A stretch of DNA of 64,000 nt from Squalus acanthias (GCA_030390025.1 JASTWF010000035.1:2046001-2110000); one strand, 5' to 3'. Shown: positions 1 to 13,086, counted from the first letter of the stretch. Notes: generated by a model from the letters alone, not told the origin. Numbers and translations are program-made.

Positions 1-177
1 TACTACTCTATAGTTTGACAGTTAAGGTTCATAGTTTATAAAGTTTAGAAGGTCTTAATTTTGTGGATATAGTTTCTAGTGCTAGTAACCAAGGGCCCTT
101 GAGTATATCATTTAATTGAGTGTAATTGGTGGTATTGATTTGATTTAATTTAAGTTCAATTAATTAAAGGGTAAGTC

Positions 178-1126
178 ATGACAGGACAGCCCAGCCCCGT
201 GCTATGCTCCTCCTGCTCGATGTGGGAAATCAGGGACCCTTCCGGTGTCCCTAACAACCATGTGTGCGGGAAGTGTATCCAGCTGCAGCTACTGACAGAC
301 CGCATTGCGGCGCTGGAGCTGCAGATGGAGGCGTATTGGAGCATTCGCGATGCTGTGAACCTCGTGGATAGCACGTTTAGAGAGTTGGTCACACCGCAGG
401 CAAAGGGTGCACAGGCAGTAAGTAAATGGGTGACCACCAGGCAGAGTAAGAGGTGAAGGCAGGTAGTGCAGGGGTCCCCTGTGGACATCCCCCTCTCAAA
501 CAGATATACCACTTTGAATACTGTTGGGGGGGATGACTTATCAGGGAAAGGCAGCAGCAGCCAACTTCCTGGCTCCATGGGTGGCTCTGCTGCACAGGCT
601 GGGAGGAAAAAGAGTGGTAGAGCTATAGTGATAGGGGACTCAATTGTAAGGGGAATAGATAGGCGTTTCTGCGGCCACAACCGAGACTCCAGGATGGTGT
701 GTTGCCTCCCTAGTGCAAGGGTCAAGGACGTCTCAGAGCGGCTACAGAACATTTTGGAGGGGAGGGCGAACAGCCAGCTGTTGTGGTGCACATAGGCACC
801 AACGATATAGGTAAAAAAGGGGATGAGGTCCTAAAAGCAGAATATAGGGAGTTAGGAGGTAAATTAAAAAATAGGACCTCAAAGGTAGCAATCTCAGGAT
901 TGCTACCAGTGCCATGTGCTAGTCAGAGTAGAAATAGGAGGATCATTCAAATGAATACATGGCTAGAGGAATGGTACAAGGGGGAGGGATTCAAATTCCT
1001 GGGACATTGAACCGGTTCTGGGGTAGGTGGGACCAGTACAAACCGGATGGTCTGCACCTGGGCAGGGCCGGGACTGCTGTCCTAGGGGGAGTGTTTGCTA
1101 GTGCTGTTGGGGAGGGTTTAAACTAA
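178..1126 (+). pseudogene. CR1 ORF1 (Cys-finger/leucine zipper plus SGNH esterase), disrupted
   Basis: ORFs 178-456, 466-795 and 783-1010 join into a protein collinear with the intact ORF1 at 61239-62144; ends EGLN*. Confidence 0.9.
1117..1123 (+). promoter_or_regulatory. Candidate -1 frameshift slippery heptamer T_TTA_AAC at the ORF1/ORF2 junction
   Basis: GGT TTA AAC TAA ends ORF1; the -1 frame is the ORF2 frame, bounded upstream by TAG at 1099-1101. Confidence 0.6.
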
Positions 1127-4063
1127 AGTGGCAGGGGGTTGGGCACCTGAGCAGGGAGACAGAGGAAAGCGTGTCAGGAAGGGGCAGAAGGTATGGAGTA
1201 AAAGGTAAAGTGTTAAAAAAGGAAAAAGCAGGAACTAAGTATCACAAAACATATTTGAAAGTTCTTTATCTGAATGCACGTAGCATTCGTAACAAAATAG
1301 ACGAGTTAACGGCACAAATAACTACGTATGGGTATGATCTTGTGGCCATTACAGAAACATGGCTGCAGGGTGACAACGACTGGGAATTAAATATGCCAGG
1401 GTATTTAACAATCAGGAAGGACAGGCAGGAAGGAAGGGGAGGTGGGGTGGCTATGTTAATAAAGGAAGGAATCACTGTAATACAGAGAAATGATATTGGG
1501 TCAAAGGATCAGGATAATGAAACAGTTTGGGTGGAGATAAGGAATAATAAGGGGAAAAAAACACTAGTGGGAGTAGTATATAGGCCTCCTAATAGTTGCA
1601 ACTCTGCTGGAAGAAGTATTAATCAGGAAATAGTTGGGGCATGTAATAAGGGAACAGCTATAATTATGGGGGTTTTAACTATCATATTAACTGGACAAAT
1701 CAAATTGGGCAGGGCAGCCTTGAGGAAGAGTTTATTGAGTGTATTAGGGATGGAATTCTTGAGCAGTATGTAACTGATCCTACAAGGGGGCAATCAACCT
1801 TGGACCTGGTCCTGTGTAATGAGTCAGGATTAATTAATAATGTCCTAGTTAAGGATCCCCTTGGAATGAGTGACCATAACATGGTTGAATTCCATATCCA
1901 ATTAGAGGGTGAGAAGGTTGGTTCTCAAACAAGCGTACTGAGCTTGAATAAAGGAGACTATGATGGCATGAGAGCAGAATTGATTAAAGTGGACTGGGAA
2001 AATAGATTGAAGGGTAAGACGGTACATGAGCAGTGGTGTTCATTTAAGGAGTTATTTTACAACTTTCAAAAGAAATATATTTCACTGAGGAAAAAAGGGT
2101 GTAAAAGAAATGACAGCCATCCGTGGCTAAGTAAAGAAATTAAGGATAGTATCCGACTAAAAACAAGGACGTATAAGGTAGCCAAACTTAGTGGGAGGAT
2201 AGAAGATTGGGAAGTCTTCAAAAGAGAGCAAAAAGTAACTAAAGGATTGATTAAGAAAGGGAAGATAGATTATGAAAATAAATTAGCAAAAAATATAAAA
2301 ACAGATAGCAAGAGTTTCTATAGTTATATAAAAAGAAAAAGGGTGGTTAAGGCAAACGTAGGTCCCTTAGAGGATGGGACCAGGAAATTAATGGTGGGAA
2401 ACATGGAGATGGCAAAAATGCTGAACAAATATTTTGTTTTAATCTTTACGGTAGAGGACACTAAGAATATCCCAACACTGGACAAACAGGGGGCTCTAGG
2501 GGGGGAGGAGCTAAATACGATTAAAATCACTAAGGAATTGGTAGTCAGTAAAATAATGGGACTCAAGGCGGATAAATCCCCTGGACCTGATGGCTTACAT
2601 CCTAGGGTCTTGAGGGAAGTGGCAGTAGGGATTGTGGATGTTTTGGTAATAATTTTCCAAAATTCCCTGGACTCAGCAAAGGTCCCGGCAGATTGGAAAA
2701 CTGCTAATGTAACACCCTTATTTAAAAAGGGTAGTAGGCAGAAGGCTGGAAATTATAGACCAGTTAGCCTAACATCTGTGGTGGGTAAAATTTTGAGTCT
2801 ATTATTAAGGAGACAGTAACGGAACATTTAGATAAACATAATTTAATAGGACAAAGTCAGCATGGCTTTATGAAGGGGAAGTCATGTCTGACAAATTTGC
2901 TTGAGTTCTTTGAGGACATAATGTACAGGGTGGATAAAGGGGAACCAGTGGACGTAGTGCATTTAGACTTCCAGAAGGCATTCGACAAGGTGCCACATAA
3001 AAGATTATTGCTCAAGATAAAAAATCACTGGACTGGGGGTAATATTCTGGCATGGGTGGAGGATTGGTTATCTAACAGGAAGCAAAGAGTTGGGATAAAT
3101 GGTTCATTCTCGGACTGGCAACCAGTAGCCAGTGGTGTTCCGCAGGGGTCGGTGCTGGGTCCCCAACTCTTTACAATCTATATTAACGATTTGGAGGAGG
3201 GGACCGAGTGTAACATATCAAAGTTTGCAGATGATACAAAGATGGGAGGGAAAGTAGAAAGTGAGGAGGACATAAAAAACCTACAAGGGGATATAGACAG
3301 GCTGGGTGAGTGGGCGGAGATTTGGCAGATGCAATACAATATTGGAAAATGTGAGGTTATGCACTTTGGCAGGAAAAATCAGAGAGCAAGTTATTATCTT
3401 AATGGCGAGAAACTGGAAAGTACTGCAGTACAAAGGGATCTGGGGGTCCTAGTGCAAGAAAATCAAAAAGTTAGTATGCAGGTGCAGCAGGTGATCAAAA
3501 AGGCCAACGGAATGTTGGCTTTTATTGCTAGGGGGATAGATTATAAAAACAGGGAGGTATTGCTGCAGTTATATAAGGTATTGGTGAGACCGCACCTGGA
3601 ATACTGCAAACAGTTTTGGTGTCCATACTTAAGAAAAGACATACTTGCTATCGAGGCAGTACAAAGAAGGTTCATTCGGTTAATCCCGGGGATGAGGGGG
3701 TGGACATATGAGGAGAGGTTGAGTAGATTGGGACTCTACTCATTGGAGTTCAGAAGAATGAGAGGCGATCTTATTGAAACATATAAGATTGTGAAGGGGC
3801 TTGATCGGGTGGATGCAGTAAGGATGTTCCCAAGGATGGGTGAAACTAGAACTAGGGGGCATAATCTTAGAATAAGGAGCTGCTCTTTCAAAACTGAGAT
3901 GAGGAGAAACTTCTTCACTCAGAGGGTAGTAGGTCTGTGGAATTTGCTGCCCCAGGAAGCTGTGGAAGCTACATCATTAAATAAATTTAAATCAGAAATA
4001 GACAGTTTCCTAGAAGTAAAGGGAATGAGGGGTTACGGGGAGCGGGCAGGAAATTGGACATGA
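1117..4063 (+). pseudogene. CR1 ORF2 (APE endonuclease plus reverse transcriptase), frameshifted
   Basis: ORFs 1171-1773, 1800-2819 and 2870-4063 carry EN and RT motifs; the first frame is open from 1102. Confidence 0.92.
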
Positions 4064-4258
4064 GGCTGAGTTCGGATCGGTCAAGGCCCTGTGGGTGGTG
4101 GAGCGGGCCCAGGGGCTGAGTGGCCGGGTCCTGCTCCTACTTCTTGTGTTCTTTAGATTTGAGGTTAGGATCAGATCAGCCATGATCTTGTTGAATGGCG
4201 GAGCAGGCTCGAGGGGCTGATTGGCCTACTCCTGCTCCTATTTCTTATGTTCTTATGT

Positions 4259-4340
4259 TACGGAGGTAGAAGTAGGCGGTCTTGGTGATGGAGCAGATAT
4301 GTTGTCGGAAGCTCATTTCAGGGTCAAATACGACACCTAA
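4259..4340 (-). mobile_element. L2-type LINE fragment (target of the CR1 insertion)
   Basis: Matches 40145-40212 (TGTTACGGAGGT..GTAGGCGGTCT..GAGCTCATTTCA) of the L2-like copy. Confidence 0.6.
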
Positions 4341-6204
4341 CTGTGTTAGGGAGCCCAGCTCAGAGCCAAGTTAGAGAAACATGTTCACATTTCCAAGAGT
4401 GCAATGACAGGATTAGTAATATCGCTGAACTGAAATCTGATGGAATTTAATGCTAAGTTTTTTGTTATTTGCAGCATTATTAGTGATACGCTGCATTGTC
4501 CTGCTGTACTGAAGCACTTTCAATCAAAGCAGCATAAAGCCTTGCTGGAGAGGCCGCAAACACTTCCATTTACCCAACACACTTTTAGCTAAATTGATTA
4601 GTAGATTTTAATCGCTGGCTACGTGTTTAGTCTCACTATTGCTAACATGAAATATCTGTGGTATGTTGCTCAGCCTTCTCTTTATTTGGTCAGTTTATTC
4701 ACCAGAGTTAGACCCACAAGTAGTTGCCAGGAGTAGCAGTGCTGTTACCCCATGAAAAATAAATATATATAATTAGTAGAAATACTATAATTAATGCTAA
4801 ACAACAGAATTATTGCTGAACAAATACTCGGAGTTGTGAAGTTGATCATACAGGTTACAACATAGAAGTGAAGTGAAATAAATGCTCAGCATATCACACC
4901 AAGTACTTCTGACTTTGTCGTCCTTACTGTAAATGATTGCTTCAGTGGGAAAATTGGCTCTTTATTCAGATTAAATAGTATCGTGCTCATTGGAATGTTT
5001 CTGACCTGCGCCCCTTCCCCACAACATTCTAGGGTTTTAATACAAGGTAATACGCAGAACAGAGATGTGATCACAGATGGGCACATATCGTGATCTTGTA
5101 TATTCAATAAGGTCATTGTTGTTGGCCAGTAGATGTCTGAATCTGTGGAGAGAAGAGTGTTAATAAATAGTCAATGGTTTGGCAGTGAGTGGGCTGTCTT
5201 AGAACTTCTTTCCCCTTATCGGTTAATTCTCGCTCTCTTGCTGCTCTCTTGCACTGTGGAGATTACCTTTACGAAATAAGAAACCGTGATTGCAAAAAAA
5301 ACGGTGATGTGCTTTGTGCCAGTGAGAAGTTGTGCTTCACTTTCTAGAGAACTGCAAGCTCTAGAATTAGCGCAGCAGCTAGGATTAGGGAAATATCAGG
5401 AGCCAGACTTGTGTGTGGTGGGATATTATGGATCTGCTAAATATCCAGGAAGAGTACACAATTATAACGTGTCCAAGGGTTGTGTTGCTCAAGCAGAGAA
5501 TGCTGAGCTCAAGGTTCACCTAGCTTTATTTTACAAGAGGAAAGGTTTTGGGCAGCCCAGTCCAAAAGGTGGGAACCCCCACCTCACCCCTCCAGATACA
5601 GAATAGTGAAAGAACCAGGAGGAAGTGGGTGACCAACAGCGGAGGGAGCAAAGGAAACAGGAAGCATAAATACACCAGCTCTCGGCTTCAAGTCAGTGTT
5701 TCTTCATGCCTTGGCTGGGGTGGTATCTTTGGCTGCTCCCAAATAAGACCATTGATATTGGAGGGGACAAACCCGGGGGGCATTGGGCAGAGAACCCCCT
5801 ACACCCAGAGTTGCTGCATCTCCTGCCCTCGGGTGGGGTCAGCGGTGGTGAAACCAGACCAGGTGTACCAGGCCACGAAAGGGCAGTAGTGGGGTCCACC
5901 TGGGATCCAGAGCAGGAACATGGCTTTGATTCCTGGAGGAAAAGGGTTTTGTTTTTAAAAATTATTTCAGTGCTCGGCCCCCCCACTGGAACTGACAACC
6001 TCTGCCGTAAGTTGCAGCCTGTGGACAAGGTGGGGACCTTCCATGTTCTTACGCCGGAATCTTCCTTCTCCCAACGATTTTCAGCCCCACCATTATGAGG
6101 GCAAAGACAGAGACACAGGGAAAGTGATCATTAGCAACACCAATGCAGCATGGAGCCATGAGGATAGGAGATGAGAAGTTGCTGGGGGAATTGCCCTATA
6201 TTTA

Positions 6205-6545
6205 CTTATTGCGCATCCCCATTTGCCCATGAGAAGGTGCCCATGAGCTGCCTTCTTGAACTGCTGCAGTCCATGTGGTGAAGGTACTCCCACAGTGCTG
6301 TTAGGGAGGGAGTTCCAGGATTTTGAAACACCGACGATGAAGGATCGGCGATATATTTCCACATCAGGATGGTGTGTGACTTGGAGGTGGTGGTGTTCCC
6401 ATGCGCCTGCTGCCCTTGTCCTTCTAGGTGGTAGAGGTCGTGGGTTTGGGAGGTGTTGTTGAAGAAGCCTTGGCGAGTTGCTGCTGTGCATCTTGTAGAT
6501 GGTACACACTGCAGCCACGGTTCGCCGGCAGTGGAGGGAGTGACT
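6205..6545 (-). mobile_element. 3' end of a second LINE lineage (CR1/L2 group), RT C-terminus and tail
   Basis: ORF 6093-6518 has the SF..SKSWNSLP..LQQFKK LINE C-terminal motif. The same sequence recurs at ~8680-8748, ~9205-9330, ~10160-11015, ~29430-29522 and ~35329-35605. Confidence 0.7.
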
Positions 6546-6699
6546 ATGTCAGGCTTGACTAGTGTGGGAGAGGTCTTCCAATTTTGGCCCAAGTCCCCAG
6601 ATGTTAATGAGGAGGACTTTGCAGGGTTGACTGGGCTGGGTGTGCATTTGTCGTGTTGGAATCCGATGCCTTGGTCGATGCCTGGTGGTCCGTCTGGTT

Positions 6700-7030
6700 T
6701 TATTCTTATTATATGTTTGATACAACTGAGTGGCTGGCTAGGCTATTTCAGAGGGCAGTTAAGAATCAAGCACATTGCTGGGGTCTGGAGTCACATCTAT
6801 GCCAGGCAAGGTTATGGATGACAGATTTCCTTCCTCAAGGACATTAGAGAATCAAAAGGGTTTTTACAACAATCCAACAGCTTCATGGTCACCATTACTT
6901 TTTATTCCAGATTTATTTATTTAACTGAACTCAAAATTCATAAAGTGCCATGGTGGGATTTGAATACACATCTCCAGATTACCAGCCCAGGCCTCTGGAT
7001 TACTTGTCCAGTAACATAACCACTGTACCC
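6700..7030 (-). mobile_element. tRNA-derived SINE
   Basis: Minus-strand head GGTACAGTGGTTATGTTACTGGAC...TTCAAATCCCACCATGGCA with A-box- and B-box-like motifs, followed by a non-tRNA body. Confidence 0.55.
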
Positions 7031-7439
7031 ATATGGTTGGGACAAATGGTTGGGAATGATTTTTTACTTCCTCGCCTGTGGAGCTGGGAGGATTGGAGTT
7101 CACCTCCCAGCTCCACAGCACTACAGCGGGCTGCTGTTGGCCCGCAATCGTCGCCCCCACCCACATTTTCCTCCGACCCCACCCCACCCCGCCACCCCCC
7201 AGGACTTACATGAGGGTCACGGGCAATGTCGGTGAGGTAGCAGGCCCAAATTAGATCCCTGGCATCGGGCGAGCTTCCTCTGACAGGCGTCGGCAGCTCG
7301 CCTCTATTATCAAAATGAGGCCCACTTTCGGGTGCGCCTTGGGCCTCTGGCTTCTGGCCAGTGCCTGCAGTGTATCACCTATTTTGACCCCGAAAACAAG
7401 CTGAATCCAATTTCTACCTGAGTATGTTTTGTAGATTGA

Positions 7440-8650
7440 CCAGAGGCACCTGGTGTGGCTCCTCCCTGGTGCCAGGGTAAGCAACAGAACGGAGAAGGAG
7501 GAAAAACTTCTGGAGAGGGGGAGAAATCAGCCAGAAGTGATTCCCATAGGAAACAGAGGCTTAGGAAAGACTAGGATGGAGGTCTTGCAGAGGGTGTATA
7601 AGGAGTTAAGCTCCAGACTGAAGTGCAAAAATCTCAAGGGTAGAAGGCTCAAGATTACATCTGGTACTGTGTGCTGGATCAGTCAGACGGAAACAGTTTA
7701 AAGCATCTTAGTTATCAAGATAGGCTAGAATAGTTGGGACTCTATACCTCAGAGAAGCGTAGATTTGGGGTGATACAATTGAGGTTTATAAGATAATGAA
7801 GGGGATTGATTGTGTTCCAGTTGACAGTTTCTTCCAATTAAATAGGTTAGGGAGGACCAGGGGTCACAAATTTAAGGCAAGATCTAGATTAGATGTCAGG
7901 AGATGGTTCTTCTCCCAGAGAATAGTGGACCTCTGGAACAGGCTGCCATCTCGTGCGGTGGACGCTGTTTCACTGAATTTCTTCTAGCGAGAGCTGGATT
8001 TGTTTCTGGCTGGGGCGGAGATCATCTCTTACAGAAGGTAGGTACTACAGGGCGTTCAGGGCCAGAGTGATCTCCTGGACTAGTTTCCATTGCCTAGATG
8101 GGTTGGAGAGGAATTTCCCAGATTTTTTCCCCCCAAATTGGCCTGGGTTTGTAGCTGATTTTTTGCCTCTCCCAGGAGATCACCTGGTTTGGGGTGGGGT
8201 AGGGAGTGTATGTTGTGATGCACAAGGTATCGCAATTGTGTGGGACAGGCTCGATGACCAGAGGGTCTTTGCCTGTCTGTCATTGTTCATATGTTCATAA
8301 ATATGTCAATAGGTGATTAAAACGATGGTGTAGAAGGAAAGGTTTTAGATTCCTAGGACATTGAGACATATTCTGGGATAGGAAGAAACTGTTCAGATTG
8401 GACAGGCTTCAATCAGCCATTTAGTACCAATGCCCTTGTAGAGGGTGTAAATGGAGCAATGGAGGAGGATTTAATATAGAAAGACTGGGAGTAGATATAA
8501 ACAAAATAGACAAAAAAAGAGAAGAAATTCATAACAGGAATGCTGTAAAAGTCAGGGTTACCCTATTAAGGTTCTTATATATGAATTCTAGAAGTATTGG
8601 CAACAAGATGACAAACTTGAAGTTGTTATAGCAATGGGAACTATGAGGCT
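7440..8650 (+). mobile_element. Old degenerate CR1 ORF1/EN fragment with a nested CR1 3' fragment (~7700-8298)
   Basis: LPGARV and FLGH-like esterase remnants, YMNSRSI EN remnant. The nested piece encodes RTRGH..FFSQRIVDLWNRLP and ends in a GTTCATAT repeat. Confidence 0.7.
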
Positions 8651-10310
8651 GTAATTCTGCTCCCAGTGTGGAAGTAGTTTTTTTTATTCATGGGATGTGG
8701 GCATCGCTGGTAAGGCCAGCATTTATTGCCCATCCCTAATTGCCCCTGGTGCGTCCCTGTCCAAGTTGAATTTTACACCTCATATCTGTAGACCCCTTTG
8801 CCCTTTCTAACAATAGCACTGTGTCAAACACACTCAGTACATCTTTCTCTGCCCTTGTAACCTCTCATACACTCCCCACTTCCATGCTGCATGTTCGCAC
8901 AATCATCTTCTGGGCAGTACAACGGTTAATGGCCCAGCTGTGGCACATCTCAAAAAACAGTCAGCCTTTCATCGCAGTCCTACGTGTAAGGGCCAAAGAG
9001 GCCCACAATGGAAGCGAGAGGCTGAAAACTGGAGGTGACTCGCATCGAGGAACTAATCCTTGATATCGTGGGCCACTGCTTCATGCTCGCCATTGGAGAT
9101 AGGCGAATCTGCTGATTGTTGCCTGTATTTACAACTTTTTCTGACTTTACGGAACAGTCATGAAGTCTCCTAAAAGGAATCTTTCTTGCCACCATATCAT
9201 CATCATGCCACATGGACTGCAGCAGTTCAAGAAGGCGGCTCACCACCATCTTCTCAAGGGCAATTAGGGATGGGAAATAAATGCTGGCCTTGCCAGCGGT
9301 GCCCACATCCCATAAACCAATATAAAAAAAAAATCATATCTATGGCAAATGGAATGTGCTCCAAGGATTCAAATCTATGCTTTTCCCCATTGGGTTTCCG
9401 TAGGGCCGGAAGAGGAGCAGCAGCTCACAGGCCCAGAGGCAAAGGGATCATCCATTTCACTCATTCCAACAGCCACAAGCATCTACTTTGGGGGAAAAAA
9501 TAGAGATAGAGTTTGAGGAAGAACACCAGTTGAAACACACAGCACCAGAAACACTAAGCACCAGTTAGGAGGAGCAAGTGCCAGGACCAATCGTAGCCCC
9601 TTTACTGGCCTCAGCTGAGATCAGACACTGCAGCACAGACTGGGAAGCAAACCTGGAATATTCATGGTCTGTGTGGCTCAGCTACTCATGAGACACCAGG
9701 GGAGCTGAGAGTGATTGTTAGATCATTAATCTCTCCACCTGGTCCTTTGTTGGTCGATCTTACACAACATGGTGATGTGTTACTGTAAAAGAGGTTCAAT
9801 ATACAGCAGTTCAACTGGAACTGGATTGCCAGCTCCAGTTACCCACTTTGCCACCAAACAAATCAAAGGCCAAATTATCTGTCTTGTTATATCAGAAAAC
9901 CAGTGTAACCTGGCCAAACAGGTGTGGAAAATCAGGTTCTGCTGCTCTCTGTCTCTCTGTTTTCCACTAAAAATGACACTGGGTGCTCAATATGACCACC
10001 CAAATAAGGATAGGATTATTATAGCCACAGAGTGAGTGACTGCATTAGGGAACCAGTTCCCATAGGAGCACGGGCCTACTTATACTGTGGCAAGATGCCA
10101 CAGCAAATTCCTTCTCCCCTCTACTTGAGGCATGTAGCACATCAACACCCACCCAAGGTTATTTTTTTATTTCATTCTTGGAATATGGGAGTCACTAGCA
10201 AGGCTGCCATTTATTGCCCATCCCTAGTTGTCCTGAGAAGGTGGTGGCGAGCCTTCTTCTTGAACCGCTGCTGTCTGTGTGGTGAAGATACCCACAGTGC
10301 TGTTAGGTAG

Positions 10311-10876
10311 AGATGCTGGTACATGAGGGACAGAGAGATACCCTGGCCGAGCAACAGTTGAGAGAGAGAGAGAGAAAGAATTACAGATCACCCTAGCAAC
10401 AGCCAGTGTTCAAGATTGAAGTAAGGCCTTGGGATGTTTATAGTAGTGCCATAATAGAATGTTTAGATTATAACTGTTACGGTCACAATAACAAGGACAC
10501 TGCAACTTACGTGAAAGGTTGTTGATGTACGTATGTTGTAGAGAAATGTAAACTTGTGTGCATAAGAATCGGCCAAAGGACTGTGCATTGACCAGAGACT
10601 ATCATATAAGGCAATGACAGTTCCAGTTTGATAGGAGAAAAACAGTGTATAAAAAATAAGCTTTTATGTTGTCTAGAAGAGAGAAATGTACAAGGATGAA
10701 CGCATGCTTACATTCAAATCTGCTGACAAAACTTTGTTCATAAATTGTGTTATACTCTGAAGAAATTATACTCCACTTTTAGATTTTTTTTATGTTAAAG
10801 TAGAAAAAATACAATGATTATAACCATAAGATTGAATTTGTTACTACTCAAGTGAACGGTAGATTGTTTAAAACAA
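10311..10876. mobile_element. Unclassified AT-rich, possibly LTR-like insert splitting a LINE tail
   Basis: The LINE tail breaks at GTGCTGTTAGGTAG (~10310) and resumes at CCAGGATTTTGACCCAGC (~10880). The insert has TATA-like motifs and ends in ACA. Confidence 0.3.
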
Positions 10877-11397
10877 GGGTCCCAGGATTTTGACCCAGCG
10901 ATTGAAGGAATGTCGATATATTTCCAAATCGGCATGGTGTGTGACTTGGAGGGGAACCTGCAGCTGATGGTGTTCCCATGCACCTGCTGCCCTTGTCCTC
11001 TGGGTGGTGGCGGTCCCAGGCTTGCTATTTAAATGCACCATTACAACAGGCAGGAAGTGGGCTGGGGTCAGGGGCTCAAACAGTCAGGCAGAAGTTTTGT
11101 CCGCTGCACTTCCACCATCGGAGCGGATACACAGGACATTTGGCCCAATCACCAACACTTTCATCCCCGAACAGTTGGCAGCCAACCCTTTTATGTTTGG
11201 AACAGTGATTGTGTATTAGAAACGGTTCAGTTACTTACAGGGTCGGACTGTCAGACTACGGTATTTGGGAGTGGATGTTGCAGTCCAGTGGAGGCATCAA
11301 TGTGTGCTCTAAATGGAGAAGAAATCACTGTGAGCTTGCTGTACACCGGAGAGATCGATTTTCCTCTACTGTTTCGTCAGTTCCTCTCCCCTTCCTT

Positions 11398-11490
11398 TTT
11401 TACCTGACGAAGGAGCAGCAGCTCCGAAAGCTCGTGATTTCAAATAAAACTGTTGGACTATAACCTGGTGTTCTGTGACTTCTCACTTTT
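11398..11490 (+). mobile_element. Penelope-like pLTR fragment with a minimal hammerhead-like core
   Basis: CTGACGA (11404-11410), A, stem GGAGC/GCTCC, GAAA, palindromic AGCT, then AATAAA. Confidence 0.55.
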
Positions 11491-13086
11491 GCCTTTTTTA
11501 AACCACTTTCTCTCTGACTAAGGGGCTGGGCATGTAATCTGCTCCAGACCTCTGTCAGTTCCAAGCAGTCTGTAACTGCTATAGGAGGCGAGTAAGAATA
11601 GTATTTGTTGACTCCCACTCTTTCTTTCAAGAGAGGTTCTGCTGCACAAAACCTTCCCTGATATCTCAGCTGGAATGCATTGAAGGAAATCTATGTGGAC
11701 ACCAAAGGGGTCATTTTCCAACTTTGCGCTTCTGGTGAGAAGCCTCGCCCGTCAGAAGCACATGTTGGAAGTTTGGGCAGATGCTGCACATGAATTCCAA
11801 ACCGTTTCAATCAATGGTTGGAAGATTGTACGCAGCCTGCACCTGAATTTCCAATGTGTGCTTCTGGCAGGCAAGTCTTCTCACAAGGAACACAACATCA
11901 GAAAATTACCCCTGGACTGCTCGACACACCCCAGATTTCAGCTGCAAGGCAGGCTACAGATAAAAATGCAAAGCAGGCTCTAAACTCCAAATACCAGGCA
12001 GTTCCTGGGCTCTGCACACCAGGCACCTTATACAACCCAGGTAGCTCTCCACTTTGACTCCCAAGAAAAGATCAACCCAGATCGCAAGACAGGCCCCAAT
12101 TCTGACCTCAAGGTAGGTGCCAACTGTGACCCTCAAGCAGACCTTGACTCTGCTCCCCTGGCTGATCGTGACTCTCCAGGGGTGTCACCAAGCCAAACAT
12201 TATCCACACTAATAGGTAGATATAAAAACAAAAGTCCTGATTTTAACTTGGAATGAGAGTACACCATGCAGGGACAGGATGGGCAGGAAGTGCTCATGAC
12301 GGTGCCGATGTGAGGCCTGGACCATTTTAACTCCCAGGTCTCAAGCTTGAACCCGGCAGAAATGAGGAGGTGGTTGGCAGGTGGGCGGGAATCAGTTTTC
12401 GGTCAGCTGTGGATCCAATGGAACGGTCCCAGGTACTGAGGTCAGTGTTTGGGGGAGGGTCGGGAAGGGCTTGCTGTCAGGGGAGAGGGAGCTAAGTCGG
12501 GGGCAGGGGAGGCCTAAAGTTTCCCTGTGGGCCATGGAGGTGCACTCCTGCTATTGCCTCTTTTTTAAGTGTAAGCATAGAGAAAAATGGTCCTGAAATG
12601 CGGCTCCGTGATGCCTGATTTAAGGCGCTACAGGTGCCGTTTTGTGGCAAAAATTGCATCTGAGCTGCTTGCGCTCACTTCTGTTGCGGGCCGCACCAAC
12701 TTGGTGAGGGCGGTAGAGCGGGCGTTAGGGGCATGCGCCGGACGTATGTTGCGTAGGCATACTGTGACGTCAATCAGCGAGCAATGCTGATTTGACGCCA
12801 GCGCTACTATTTTCGTGCTCAATGCTGGAGCTAATGCCCTGTCTTAACCTCGCACAGCTGAACATGCATTCAGCAGCAGCTCACCAGCCAGCGATATTTA
12901 AAGGGATCAGCAATCACTCTCAGGGTAGTTGCTGATTAATTTCTACGGCTCTGTTTAAAGTTTGTGGAAGTGTTTGGAGCTTTCCAGAGTTGTTTAAAGT
13001 GGTGAGGTGATGAGGAGTGGTGCTGCAAGTGGAGAAGGCCTTGGTTCTGACTTCAAGGGTTCTGCTCAGACCACTTGCTCCCAGTC

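Larger units (their letters stand above)
1..4258 (+). mobile_element. Near full-length CR1-clade LINE (lineage A), degenerate
   Basis: ORF1 pieces 178-1126 (CxxC..CxxC, GDSIVRG, GTND, DGLH). ORF2 pieces 1171-4063 with APE motifs (YLNARS, TETW, YRPP) and RT motifs (QGSVLGP, FADD). 3' hairpin and TTCTTATG tail at ~4240-4258. Confidence 0.95.

Noticed and set aside
156..791. Antisense ORFs over CR1 ORF1 (also 14835-15332, 52604-53119, 61583-62083)
   Set aside because: Shadow frames of the LINE coding strand; starts and stops are not conserved between copies.
4498..4535. miR-17/430-like AAAGTGCTT on the minus strand
   Set aside because: Only the seed matches and there is no convincing precursor hairpin.
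4886..5116. Tetraspanin-like LECCG motif in a 76-aa minus-strand ORF
   Set aside because: No transmembrane context or other family motifs; likely chance.
11640..11721. F-box-like DFLQCIPAEISGKVL on the minus strand
   Set aside because: Similarity stops after ~15 aa, there is an in-frame stop just upstream, and splice support is weak.
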